This document shows positions 7,581-16,972 of a DNA stretch of 57,458 bases, piece after piece. The DNA lies in the IMG/VR virus record IMGVR_UViG_3300047311_000444, positions 1 to 57,458 of that record; one strand, written 5' to 3'. The stretch comes from a virus (lineage: Duplodnaviria > Caudoviricetes). A model generated the notes under the pieces. The model worked only from the letters and a program-made list of their open reading frames with translations, ran no database searches and was not told the origin of the DNA. The stretch's first letter is position 1. Every line of letters starts with the position of its first letter. The position numbers and the translations under genes are program-made.

Positions 7581-7780
7581 GGTTCAACAGCGAGTTGATT
7601 GTGATTGAAAATATGCAGTATGCCGCGATCGTCCTCCACGACGTACCGGCAGGCGCCAGATTTCTTCGTGAACGCACTCATGATCTCGCCCGAAAAGGTG
7701 TAATCGCCCCCGATCTTTCGAACGTGCAGGCCGACCCGAAATAGAAAATCAGTCTTGGGAGTTGTTTGATCGTCGCTCAA
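7562..7780 (-). CDS. Small SH3-fold protein, distantly DfrB/R67-like
   Basis: FRVGLHVRKIGGDYTFSGEI...YVVEDDRGILHIF. Confidence 0.5.
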   Translation of the reverse strand: MSDDQTTPKTDFLFRVGLHVRKIGGDYTFSGEIMSAFTKKSGACRYVVEDDRGILHIFNHNQLAVEPCPKSN

Positions 7781-7789
7781 TCGTCGTGG

Positions 7790-7817
7790 ATAATGAACGA
7801 GCGGCTTGACTTGTCAA
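7790..7817 (-). promoter_or_regulatory. Sigma70-like promoter with operator for the leftward accessory operon
   Basis: TTGACA-16-CATTAT; CGAGC-G-GCTTG at 7798-7808. Confidence 0.6.
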
Positions 7818-8008
7818 CAACAATTTTAGTGAACAACTGGGAACAAGTTTCCATTGACCCCATAGACAACGCATGAGATAACCGGCATGCGACGTTCACA
7901 AATGACGCCACACTTTTTCAACTACACCCTCGGAAACTCGGGTTTTACCGTTCGTCAGAGCGGGATTGTCCCTCGTCGCGCCGGGGGTGTAGTTGAAGGA
8001 GCCTGGTG

Positions 8009-8779
8009 ATGTTCGCCAAAGTTTTTGAGCAGATTCTTGATTCGTCGATAGCTTCCGACTGGCAAATCCGGCACGTATTCGAAGACTTCCTGAAGCTCGC
8101 CAGAAAGGTGGGCTCGGACTGGATCGTCGATATGACGCCGGACAGCATCTCTCGGCGAACCGGGGTCCCGCTGGACATTGTTGAGCGGGCGATCGCAAAC
8201 CTCGAAAGCCCAGACACGCAGAGCCGGACTCCAGATCACGACGGACGCAGGCTTATTCGCCTGGATGAACATCGGTCCTGGGGCTGGATTATCGTCAACT
8301 ACCAAAAATACAGGGAGATCGCTTCCAAGGAGATGGTTCGCATGTCGGAGGCTGAGCGGAAGAAGGAATACCGCAGCCGATCGACTCCCCTCTCCCCCTT
8401 TCCCCCTGTACCCCCTAACCCTTGTACCCCTGTACAGAGTACAGATACAGAAGCAGAGCGGTCCCGTGTTGGTCCCGGACATGTCCCGGACAGACCCTCA
8501 CTGAACAACATGGTTGAATACGGGAAGACCATAGGTCTATCTGTAACAGAATCAACGAAGTGCTTCGATTATTACCAGTCAAACGGCTGGAAGGTAGGAA
8601 GAAACCCGATGAAGGACTGGAAAGCCTCAATTCGTAACTGGTCCCGCAACGTCAATGCAACCACTCAAAAACATAATCCCCCGCGTTATGACAGAAATGC
8701 CACGACCGTCAACGACCCCGACAAGTGGGCAGCAGCCCGAGCCGCCAAAGAGGGAAGAGAAAACCTTCCAGGACTTTAA
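8009..8779 (+). CDS. Phage replication initiator (replisome organiser)
   Basis: MFAKVF..ILDSSI, wHTH, GW.IVNYQKYR; C-terminal FDYYQSNGWKVGRNPMKDWKASIRNW; followed by loader and DnaB. Confidence 0.8.
   Translation: MFAKVFEQILDSSIASDWQIRHVFEDFLKLARKVGSDWIVDMTPDSISRRTGVPLDIVERAIANLESPDTQSRTPDHDGRRLIRLDEHRSWGWIIVNYQKYREIASKEMVRMSEAERKKEYRSRSTPLSPFPPVPPNPCTPVQSTDTEAERSRVGPGHVPDRPSLNNMVEYGKTIGLSVTESTKCFDYYQSNGWKVGRNPMKDWKASIRNWSRNVNATTQKHNPPRYDRNATTVNDPDKWAAARAAKEGRENLPGL
8395..8495 (+). promoter_or_regulatory. Putative replication origin inside the initiator gene
   Basis: Tandem GTCCCGGACA repeats plus CCCCTGTA and TACAGA repeats in the linker, as in lambda O-type genes. Confidence 0.55.
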
Positions 8780-9299
8780 AACCTTCAAGGACCCTACCCT
8801 CCTTCAGATGCTCGGAGCAGCGAAGGCTTTCGTAGATCAGGCCACGGTAGGGGCAATCAGCGCCACTGAACCGTACTGGCTTTCATTCTGTGGCACTGTG
8901 GGAACTGGGAAAACCCTCCTCGCGGACATCACCCTCAGCCAATTGAGGCGAGTGAAAGCGCTTGTTGATCATCCAACATTGAAGTGCGGTATCATTCGAA
9001 AGCACTGGCCCAAGGTGATGACGAGAATTTACAGCGGCGAGTTCTGGCATATCGACGACATGGCTGACGCAAACCTGCTCATGCTTGATGAAATTGCGTG
9101 CGCGAGGGACCCAAACGGAACAGAGCGAGAATGGCTCTGGCGAGTGCTTAGCGCGAGAGCTTTCAAGTGGACGATCATCACTTCCAACTATTCATTGGAA
9201 AAAATCAGCACTCTGATTGACACCAGAATAGCGTCCCGAATGGTGCGCGACGGGTCCGTAGTTATAGCCGCCAACACAGAAGATTTCGCCAACAGGTGA
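8655..9299 (+). CDS. DnaC/IstB-like helicase loader ATPase
   Basis: Walker A GTVGTGKT, Walker B LLMLDE, TIITSN, RIASR. Confidence 0.85.
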   Translation: MQPLKNIIPRVMTEMPRPSTTPTSGQQPEPPKREEKTFQDFKTFKDPTLLQMLGAAKAFVDQATVGAISATEPYWLSFCGTVGTGKTLLADITLSQLRRVKALVDHPTLKCGIIRKHWPKVMTRIYSGEFWHIDDMADANLLMLDEIACARDPNGTEREWLWRVLSARAFKWTIITSNYSLEKISTLIDTRIASRMVRDGSVVIAANTEDFANR

Positions 9300-9302
9300 T
9301 CT

Positions 9303-9485
9303 ATGAAAAAAATCATTTGGAAATTCAAATACATGCTCGCCATCCGAAAACTCTTGGGACTTTCGATCCGGGCGAGTTGGGGAATGTCCGGAAGTGCGGT
9401 TGAGAATTACGGAGACGACATCAATATATGGACTCCACAACAAGCCGCCGAAGAAGAGCGAGACGAATGGCTTGCCTGCTCCTGA
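9303..9485 (+). CDS. Hypothetical protein
   Basis: Operon position; TPQQAAEEE motif. Confidence 0.55.
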   Translation: MKKIIWKFKYMLAIRKLLGLSIRASWGMSGSAVENYGDDINIWTPQQAAEEERDEWLACS

Positions 9486-9496
9486 ACAGGTGAAAT

Positions 9497-9814
9497 ATGC
9501 ACCACCCACCAAAACGCTACACCGACGAAGCTCAGATCATCAAGGACATCGACCGAGCCAAAAAGCGCGTGGTTCGATTAACGAAGCGCGCTGAAAAAGA
9601 GGACGCTGAGGCCGACGAAATGGCGAAGTTGGATGATCCCAGCAACTCCGAAAAAATAACGACTCTCAGGGAGTTCGCCAGAGACGATCGCGACAAGGCT
9701 GAGCGAATCACGAAGACCCGATTGGTGCGTCTCCAGAACACTCTCGCTGCGTTCCGCACTGAGCTTCTGCCTGGAGTGGCCGCTGACAACTCGGTCGTGC
9801 TTCAGCGCAAGTGA
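9497..9814 (+). CDS. Hypothetical coiled-coil protein
   Basis: GTGA overlap with dnaB. Confidence 0.65.
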   Translation: MHHPPKRYTDEAQIIKDIDRAKKRVVRLTKRAEKEDAEADEMAKLDDPSNSEKITTLREFARDDRDKAERITKTRLVRLQNTLAAFRTELLPGVAADNSVVLQRK

Positions 9815-11280
9815 GCGACGAGGCTGAAAATTGGGACAGCGCTCAGCCTGCGGACCTCAAGCGCACACGCCGCGTCCGGAACGGCTCCGGGGCTGCTCCC
9901 GTTGATCGTCTCCCGCCGCATTCAATAGAGTGCGAAACGGCGGCGCTGGGTTGCATCCTTCTCTCGCCAAAGGAGTGCATGGCGGAATCAATCGAAGCCC
10001 TCCGCGACAACGGGCAGGAGTTCTACGATCTTCGTCACCTCACGATCTGGGACGCGCTGGTCGAGATGTATGATCGCGGCATAGTCATTGACGTGATCAG
10101 TCTCCAGCAGCAACTCAAAGACAAGGACATGCTTGAGCAGGTGGGGGGGATCGCCTACCTCTCAGCGCTTCCAGATTCAACTCCGTCCGCCTCCAACCTG
10201 AATTACTACCTCGGTGTAATCGTGGAGAAATTCATCCTCCGAAAAGCCCTTCGGGTTTCCGCTGAGGTTGGCGAGCGCGTCTACACCTACCAGGGTGAAG
10301 TTGACGAATTGATGGACACGATCGAAGCGGACATGCTCAGCATCCGTGGAAGGCGTCAGGAAAATGAGGTTAAGACGATCAAGACGCTTATTCGTGAGAA
10401 CATTTCCACAATCGAGGATTATGTCCAGCGTCAGGGCGTCGTCACTGGAATCCCCACAGGATTTACCGACCTCGACAAGATGACTTCAGGGCTTCAAGCC
10501 TCCGAAATGATTGTGATCGCTGGAAGGCCCTCAATGGGTAAAACCTCGCTGGCGATGAACATCGCGGAATTTGTGTCGCTCGAAGCGAAACTGCCAGTCG
10601 GAGTGTTCTCTTTGGAAATGTCGGCGCCGTCGCTCACGCTGCGTATGCTCTGCTCTCGGGCGCGCGTGAACCTGCGGAGCATCCGGGAGGGATTCCTCGC
10701 GGAGAGAGACGTTCCGCGACTCCGGACAGCCGCCGACCGTTTGATGAACGCCCCGATTTACATAGACGACTCAGGAGCGCTCACGATTATGCAACTGCGT
10801 GCCAAAGCGCGCCGCATGGCCATGCAATACGACATCAAGCTCGCCGTGATCGACTATCTTCAACTCCTGAAATCGACCAACCGCAAGGTGAAGAGTCGAC
10901 AGGAGGAAATCAGCGACATTTCCAGCGGGATCAAAGCGCTGGCAAAGGAACTGGGAATCCCGATCATCGTCATGAGCCAACTCAACCGGGAAATGGAGCG
11001 CGAAAAGAATCGCAAGCCCAGGTTGGCGGACCTCCGGGAGTCCGGCGCGATCGAGCAGGACGCGGATTTTGTGGGAATGCTGTACCGACCGAAATCTGAC
11101 GACGAGGATTCAGAGGAAGACTACAACGACGCCGTCGCGATGAATCTACTCATTGCCAAACAGCGCAACGGTCCAACCGGCGACGTGAATCTGACTTTCC
11201 TGAAATCATTCACGCGCTTTGAAAGTGCGGCGAGGGTGTCCGACGAGGACGTTCCGCAGCAGACTCAATTTCCAACATGA
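9811..11280 (+). CDS. dnaB: Replicative DNA helicase DnaB
   Basis: LPPHSIE, AGRPSMGKT, FSLEM, IDYLQL, SQLNR, DLRESGAIEQDAD, KQRNGPTG. Confidence 0.97.
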   Translation: MSDEAENWDSAQPADLKRTRRVRNGSGAAPVDRLPPHSIECETAALGCILLSPKECMAESIEALRDNGQEFYDLRHLTIWDALVEMYDRGIVIDVISLQQQLKDKDMLEQVGGIAYLSALPDSTPSASNLNYYLGVIVEKFILRKALRVSAEVGERVYTYQGEVDELMDTIEADMLSIRGRRQENEVKTIKTLIRENISTIEDYVQRQGVVTGIPTGFTDLDKMTSGLQASEMIVIAGRPSMGKTSLAMNIAEFVSLEAKLPVGVFSLEMSAPSLTLRMLCSRARVNLRSIREGFLAERDVPRLRTAADRLMNAPIYIDDSGALTIMQLRAKARRMAMQYDIKLAVIDYLQLLKSTNRKVKSRQEEISDISSGIKALAKELGIPIIVMSQLNREMEREKNRKPRLADLRESGAIEQDADFVGMLYRPKSDDEDSEEDYNDAVAMNLLIAKQRNGPTGDVNLTFLKSFTRFESAARVSDEDVPQQTQFPT

Positions 11281-11906
11281 GGGTCCTCATAGCCTGCGAG
11301 TTCTCGGGGGTCGTCAGGCGTGCGTTCAGGGAACGGGGACACGATGCCTGGTCGTGCGATATACTGCCAGCGGAAGACGGAGGTGAACATCTTCAATGCG
11401 ATGCGCTGGAGGTCCTCGGTTGGGATTGGGACCTTATGGTTCATCACGCTCCCTGCACCTTCATTCTGAACAGTGGTTGCAAATGGCTTTACAAAAACGG
11501 CAAGAGGTGGTTGTCGGACGGCACCGAAAACCAGCGCGACCCGGATCGCTGGCGGAAAATGGAAGAGGGCGCAAACTTTTTCAAAACTCTTCAGTCGGCG
11601 CCGATCGACAAAATCGCCGGGGAAAATCCGATCATGGTTGGCTACGCTGTTGAGATCGTAGGGCAGGATTGGACCCAGCGCATTCAACCCTACGAGTTCG
11701 GACATCCCGAGTCCAAGGCAACGTGCCTCTGGTTAAAAAATCTCCAGCCACTCAAACCGACCAAGAACGTGTTTTCTGAAATGGAAAAACTCCCACGAAA
11801 GGAAAGAGAGCGGGTGCATTTTGCGTCTCCGGGTCCAAATCGCGGGCAAGAAAGGAGTCGGACGTTTCCGGGAATTGCTCAGGCAATGGCAGAGCAGTGG
11901 GGCTAA
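11277..11906 (+). CDS. Phage DNA cytosine methyltransferase-like protein
   Basis: MRVLIACEFSG, SCD, catalytic PC (HAPCT), ENP, K.TCLWL, RSRTFPGIA.AMAEQWG. Confidence 0.8.
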   Translation: MRVLIACEFSGVVRRAFRERGHDAWSCDILPAEDGGEHLQCDALEVLGWDWDLMVHHAPCTFILNSGCKWLYKNGKRWLSDGTENQRDPDRWRKMEEGANFFKTLQSAPIDKIAGENPIMVGYAVEIVGQDWTQRIQPYEFGHPESKATCLWLKNLQPLKPTKNVFSEMEKLPRKERERVHFASPGPNRGQERSRTFPGIAQAMAEQWG

Positions 11907-13159
11907 GCCTCAGCGGGCTCCTCTTGCATTTCCTCAACGCATTTGTCGAGGGAATCGGCCTCGGATTCCAAATCGAACCCGCGAACCTGTTCGGCGATCT
12001 CCTTGCACTTGTCAACGGCTTCTTCCGGAGTGTCGCCCAGGGCAACAACCGAACCGATCTGTTTCATCTTCGCGATCTGCGGTATGAAAAAATCCACAAT
12101 TCCGCCGTCGCCCTTCGTGTCGATACGGCAATGGTTGTAAATCTTCAAGTACTCCCGAATATCCTCGGGGAAGCGAATCGGTTGCCAGCGATCAAGAGCC
12201 CATTCTGAGCAGAGCAAAATCTGCGCTCCGAATTTCGCTTTCCACTTCGGTTCAACAAGAGTTCCCTCGGCTCCGTAGAAAAGAACCTCGTCGAGATTCT
12301 CCATCGCCTCCCACATGACTTCACCGGCAGGCGAAGCGTGGCGGCAGGTGAGATCAATCGGGATGTCGTTACGGAGTTCGCTGGAGAATGCGTTGCAGTA
12401 ACCAAGCTCCTTCATCACGGGAGCAACTGCCTTGTTCACTGCGATCAATTCCGGTGGCAGATCATCGTAGTTCGAAACCTTCCCAAAGTAGGACTTGTCC
12501 TTTTGCTCGATCCCCCAGAAGGATGACTTTGGAAACTGTCCGAACACCGAAAAACCGTCGTAGCCGATCTCCTTCGCGTCCGGAATGCTGGCCTCGATGA
12601 TGAACGGCGTGAGGTATTGTAGTCCGCCATATTTCAAATCGAATTCATCAATCGCACCCTTCGCGTCGACGTAGTCTCTTGCGAACCACGTCTCTCCCAG
12701 GCCGCGAAATCCGGAGACCTTCACAAACCAGCCCTTGTCGCTGGGATTGTCCTGGAAGAATTTCCTCAGTGCGGCTGTGCCGGTTACAAGGTGAGACTCT
12801 CCAATGGGGATCGCAGCGGCCTCCAGCCGCTCCTTGGTCGCCCAGCGCGCCAGTTCAAGCTCGGCGCCTAAACCTGATCCCCAAACACGGTATCCGTGAT
12901 CGCGGAGATACTTCTGGAGCCAACCGTCGTGACAATCCGGGAAGCAAATCAAACTGAACTCGTCCACAACCTTGTCGAAGTATTTGATGCGCTCCACCCC
13001 TTTGAGTCCATGTCCAATCAGCAACTCCCGACCGTCAGAAAAGGAGGTCTCCCACGGAGAGAAGTAGCCGACGCGACCAAAAAACTTCGTGCAGAGTTCC
13101 GCGAGGCTCACAAAGAGCCCGTAGTCGTAAAACAAAATGCTATCGTTTTGCAGACTCAC
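11903..13159 (-). CDS. PurD-like ATP-grasp ligase
   Basis: VWGSG...ELEL.RW.TK, WFVKVSGFRG..ETW, FIIE, EIGYDG, SSE..IDLTCR, IGSVVALG. Confidence 0.7.
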   Translation of the reverse strand: MSLQNDSILFYDYGLFVSLAELCTKFFGRVGYFSPWETSFSDGRELLIGHGLKGVERIKYFDKVVDEFSLICFPDCHDGWLQKYLRDHGYRVWGSGLGAELELARWATKERLEAAAIPIGESHLVTGTAALRKFFQDNPSDKGWFVKVSGFRGLGETWFARDYVDAKGAIDEFDLKYGGLQYLTPFIIEASIPDAKEIGYDGFSVFGQFPKSSFWGIEQKDKSYFGKVSNYDDLPPELIAVNKAVAPVMKELGYCNAFSSELRNDIPIDLTCRHASPAGEVMWEAMENLDEVLFYGAEGTLVEPKWKAKFGAQILLCSEWALDRWQPIRFPEDIREYLKIYNHCRIDTKGDGGIVDFFIPQIAKMKQIGSVVALGDTPEEAVDKCKEIAEQVRGFDLESEADSLDKCVEEMQEEPAEA

Positions 13160-13164
13160 AGCGA

Positions 13165-15399
13165 TCAGTTCTCAGACATCGGACTTTTCGGAGTCGCACC
13201 CTGTTTGACTCCGTTGATGAAGGTCTCCGCGACAGCCTGTCCAGTGCGGAGCTTCAAATCAGTCTGACTCTTCTCTTCGTTGTGCCGCTGCTGCTGCACA
13301 AACTTCTGTTCCTTGTGCTGCAACTGCTGCTTGGCTGTCGCGTCCTTGCCCTGGAGCTTCACCTTGAGAATTGCCATCTCGCTTTGAATCTTCGCCATGG
13401 CCTCCGGGTCCTGCTGCGCGCTGGCCTGCTTCGCGGCCTCCTGCTGGCGCTGGGCGAAAGCCCGAACATCGTTCATGATCTTGCCCAGCGTGTCGGCGTA
13501 AACCTTGACCCGAGATTTTTCCTTCGGGTCCTGGGCGATGATCATAATATGCTTGCCGATATACTTCGCGACGTTCTCAAGACCAACCAAATCCTCGGGT
13601 TTGCCGACGCCGCCAGTGGCCTTGATGCGTTCAACAACCTGCCCCATCATTCGCAGGAGCGTCTCGACGATCTCAATGTGGCTCATGCCCTCCTTGGGCT
13701 CCATGTCCGCGCCGAACATCAACGAGCCAAACGACTGCTGGGCGTGATCCACAGAATCCGTGACTTTCGACTTCGCATTGAGCGGCACAAGCCGCGCAGC
13801 CTTGCGAGCGTTGTTCGTAACCGCGAGGACGTAGTCGTGCTTGATCTCCTGCTGCGCGCCGGGATCGAACACATTGACGCGCTCCATGAGTTCGGTCGCT
13901 TCAGCCATTTCGAGCATCCGGTTTCCGTTTCCAAGGACCTGCTCGACTTCGACCTCCCAGCGCTCCGGGTCCAGATATTTCTCGTCCACGCCGTCGTTGA
14001 TGCAGTCGCGCCGGAATTTCTTCACGTCGAAATCGTCAGAATTCTTGATGCCAAAACGACGGGCAATTTCCACGTCCGCGAAGTACTCCTGACGGTAGGC
14101 ACGCCCGAGCATGGACGACATGAGGGAGCTAACCTGAGCGAGAAGGGCCTGCACCTCGTATTTGGTGCGCTCCTTCTGTGTCCCGCTGTCCACATTCTGC
14201 GTGTACATCGAAGCGGTCTCACCCACTCGCTGCTTGAGATTGGACAAAAGACCCTGAACGAGCCCGTCGTTCACCTGGTAGCGCTCCTGCGCTGTAACCA
14301 TGTTCAATCCCTCGGGAAGTAAACCTACAATGCCTTGCAGGACGAGCTTGGTGAGACGATCCCTGTCGGCGGGATCGTTCACCCGGAAGAGCATCATGAG
14401 TTGCTCGAAGACGTGCTGCGTGAACTGACAATTGAGCCGGTTCATGATCCAGACCAGATCGTAAACCAACCACGCGAGCGCTCGGATGGAATGATACTTG
14501 AACGGCGGCACGTTGTTGCCGTCGCCAAACTGGAAATGCACAAAGTTCCCCATGCTCTGAGCAAAGGGCCTCTTCGAAGCGTAGATGAAGCTCGCGGGAT
14601 CGCTGAACGTCTTCCCAGACTGAACGTCCTTGTCGAGAATGAGCTTCCGATGCCAGCCCATTTTTGTGAGCTTCGTCGTCTCCTCCTCCAAGTGGTAGAA
14701 ATCCCAAAACCAAATCATGGGAGCGGAGTCGGCGTCGTAGTAACAAGCGTTTTGTTTATACAACTCCGTCATCTGCTCCGGATTATTCGACCAGTCGTAA
14801 TTCTGCTTATTCGTGTTGAGGTCCTTAAAATCGTTCAGCAATTTGCGAACGCTCTTGAGGTCCCAACCGGGATCAATGTTCTTTTTCTGCTTGGCGAACG
14901 TGCGCTTGAACAATTCCCCCGGCTTCATCCCTCGTCGGAAAGCGATGTACCGGCAATTATCCATCGTGAGATCGGTATCCGTTGGCAGGAGAATGTCCTG
15001 GATTCCCACGAACTGCGGGCGCCACTTGAATTCATCGAACCACACCTTTGCGCCAACGCCATGGAGCACGACCCCACCCCAAACGCAATCCTGCGTGTAG
15101 TAGTAAGCCGGACTTCGGCGCATGGTCTTGTTGATTCGGTTGGTGATTTTGAAACCAGTGTCGCTCTGCTTGTCGACCGGCGCGTCCGGCACAGTGACTT
15201 TGAAAAAGTTCCCGGCCTTGCTGAATGCGTTCTCGTACTGGTTGCGCGCTTGATGCAGCAGGGTGCAGCCCTGCTTGTCGTTGTAGTTGATCAGGATGTT
15301 GTTGTCCTGAGCTTCCTTTTGCGTCCACGGCGGCTCACCATTGAAAAAAGAGTTGAGGAGCGCGCGGTTTGGGGCGCGCGTGACCTCCGCATTCCTCAT
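13165..15399 (-). CDS. Portal protein (possible true start at ATA 15444)
   Basis: 744 aa in the terL operon, helical, Q/K-rich coiled-coil C-terminus typical of podovirus portals. Confidence 0.75.
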   Translation of the reverse strand: MRNAEVTRAPNRALLNSFFNGEPPWTQKEAQDNNILINYNDKQGCTLLHQARNQYENAFSKAGNFFKVTVPDAPVDKQSDTGFKITNRINKTMRRSPAYYYTQDCVWGGVVLHGVGAKVWFDEFKWRPQFVGIQDILLPTDTDLTMDNCRYIAFRRGMKPGELFKRTFAKQKKNIDPGWDLKSVRKLLNDFKDLNTNKQNYDWSNNPEQMTELYKQNACYYDADSAPMIWFWDFYHLEEETTKLTKMGWHRKLILDKDVQSGKTFSDPASFIYASKRPFAQSMGNFVHFQFGDGNNVPPFKYHSIRALAWLVYDLVWIMNRLNCQFTQHVFEQLMMLFRVNDPADRDRLTKLVLQGIVGLLPEGLNMVTAQERYQVNDGLVQGLLSNLKQRVGETASMYTQNVDSGTQKERTKYEVQALLAQVSSLMSSMLGRAYRQEYFADVEIARRFGIKNSDDFDVKKFRRDCINDGVDEKYLDPERWEVEVEQVLGNGNRMLEMAEATELMERVNVFDPGAQQEIKHDYVLAVTNNARKAARLVPLNAKSKVTDSVDHAQQSFGSLMFGADMEPKEGMSHIEIVETLLRMMGQVVERIKATGGVGKPEDLVGLENVAKYIGKHIMIIAQDPKEKSRVKVYADTLGKIMNDVRAFAQRQQEAAKQASAQQDPEAMAKIQSEMAILKVKLQGKDATAKQQLQHKEQKFVQQQRHNEEKSQTDLKLRTGQAVAETFINGVKQGATPKSPMSEN

Positions 15400-15440
15400 T
15401 GTGTCGATTACTGAGCCGACTTTATCCGGCGTTGAAAAGT

Positions 15441-16250
15441 TTATGGTACCTCGATTTCAGCGGGGAGTGGGGTTGAAGGTTTTTCGACTATAGTTCCGCA
15501 TTCAATTTGCGGGTCTGGTAAAAAACTGGAGCGTAGCAATGGCAAAAGCGAATGCGTTTTGTCCCGGTGGAAAATCACAGCCTCGGGCTTGATGAAGTCC
15601 AGCGTCAAAAAGTTCTTGGGAGAATCGGCATCACGGGCCTTCACAAACACAGGCGGCAGTTCCGGCAGGCCCCAGTAGTGTTGAATCAGTTTCGTGTCCG
15701 CAGACTTGGGGACTACCGCTTCAGCGCAACCAATGTCCCACGCGTCTTGACCGCTCCTCACGGACTGGAAGTTCTCGATTATGCCATAGCAGTCCGGGGG
15801 ATAAATTGAACAACCCGTCAAATGAACCTTCGGAAGATCAGGCTGTTTGTCCTGAGTGATCAGAGGCCCCATGAACCGCTTCGGGCAATCGCCATAAACA
15901 TTCTCCAGTTGCTCCAGCCAATCAGGAACAAGCGGCACGCAATCCGGCTCCATCCAAAAGAAAGGCCAGCGGTATTGATCCTGAATCTGGTAGGCCACTT
16001 GCAGGAACATCTTATTGGGAGGCCAGCCGCCTTCTGTTACGGGGACCATCATCGCTTTAACGAAGTTGAACGTCGTCTTTGCCTCCCGCGCCATTTCTAT
16101 TACTCTCTCGCTGGCAATCTCGTCGTCAGAGGCGAGTAGAATGGCTGCTGCCTTTGGCGTGTTGATCTCTGCCATCCACCGAATAATTTGCGCGGCGAGG
16201 TCAACGTCTTTTTTGCAGAAGGGAAGGACTACCAGGAGGGGTGTACTCAT
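15441..16250 (-). CDS. Glycosyltransferase-like protein (GT-A)
   Basis: VVLPF start, FFWMEPDCVPL (DxD-like EPD), HLTGCSIYP, AWD. Confidence 0.55.
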   Translation of the reverse strand: MSTPLLVVLPFCKKDVDLAAQIIRWMAEINTPKAAAILLASDDEIASERVIEMAREAKTTFNFVKAMMVPVTEGGWPPNKMFLQVAYQIQDQYRWPFFWMEPDCVPLVPDWLEQLENVYGDCPKRFMGPLITQDKQPDLPKVHLTGCSIYPPDCYGIIENFQSVRSGQDAWDIGCAEAVVPKSADTKLIQHYWGLPELPPVFVKARDADSPKNFLTLDFIKPEAVIFHRDKTHSLLPLLRSSFLPDPQIECGTIVEKPSTPLPAEIEVP

Positions 16251-16972
16251 ATTGCGGGGCTGTTCTGTTCTGTGACGATCCAGCAAGCGGGTTGCTCCTG
16301 CCGGATTTTGTCGATCATGGGTTGCGGGGTTTCGGATAAAATGTGCTTCAACGGTACGTGAACTTTAGTCGGCAGGTGGCACCAGCAGAGTTCGCAAGTG
16401 TGTAGCTTGTCTTCACCTTCGACGGAGAGTTTGAGATCGTTCTTTTGCTCTGCAAGCAATCGTAGAAACTCGGCTGCCGCTTCAACAGGTCTGAAGCCGG
16501 GGTTGTTAAATTGACAGGGAGTTCCGTTGTTGATCGTCGTGCAGACATTGGCGCGGGCCTGGGAAATCTCGGGATAGACCGGAGTAAGCCCATCACCAAA
16601 CCAACGGCGAATGATGCTCGCACCGTCAACCAACTGTCCAAGACGTTCGGCTGCACCCTGAACAGTTTCCCGGACGTGCTGGGCTGACACCTTGAAAAGT
16701 TTGACCGGCTGAAAGGTAAAAGTCTTTTTTTTTGACTGGACCCAGTTCGGGTCAAAGCCCAGCCGCTCGCACTGTGCGGCGTCGAGGTCTTCAGCGACTT
16801 CCTGGGCGGAAGCTCGGGGCAGACCATTGGCCTGCCTGACTCTCAGAATCTCGGTGACTGCCTCATTGAACGGGGACATTGACCGGAATCTGGCGAGGTC
16901 TTTGCCGTCGTTTCCCTTTTGGATGTACACCCATCCACCTGGAGGAAGTGTGGCGGTTGTTTTAAGTGGCAT
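16247..16972 (-). CDS. Cys-rich hypothetical protein with internal A9 slippery site
   Basis: LPPGGWVY, C..PCQFN, CELCWC, PACW. Confidence 0.7.
   Translation of the reverse strand: MPLKTTATLPPGGWVYIQKGNDGKDLARFRSMSPFNEAVTEILRVRQANGLPRASAQEVAEDLDAAQCERLGFDPNWVQSKKKTFTFQPVKLFKVSAQHVRETVQGAAERLGQLVDGASIIRRWFGDGLTPVYPEISQARANVCTTINNGTPCQFNNPGFRPVEAAAEFLRLLAEQKNDLKLSVEGEDKLHTCELCWCHLPTKVHVPLKHILSETPQPMIDKIRQEQPACWIVTEQNSPAI

Noticed and set aside
7826-7850. Verrucomicrobia LexA box (TGTTC-N4-GAACA)
   Set aside because: Only direct GAACAA half-sites are present, not the palindrome.
13282-15414. Long antisense ORFs over portal (also 37282-38637 over MCP, 40530-41588, 53427-54701)
   Set aside because: Antisense shadows produced by codon bias of the real genes.
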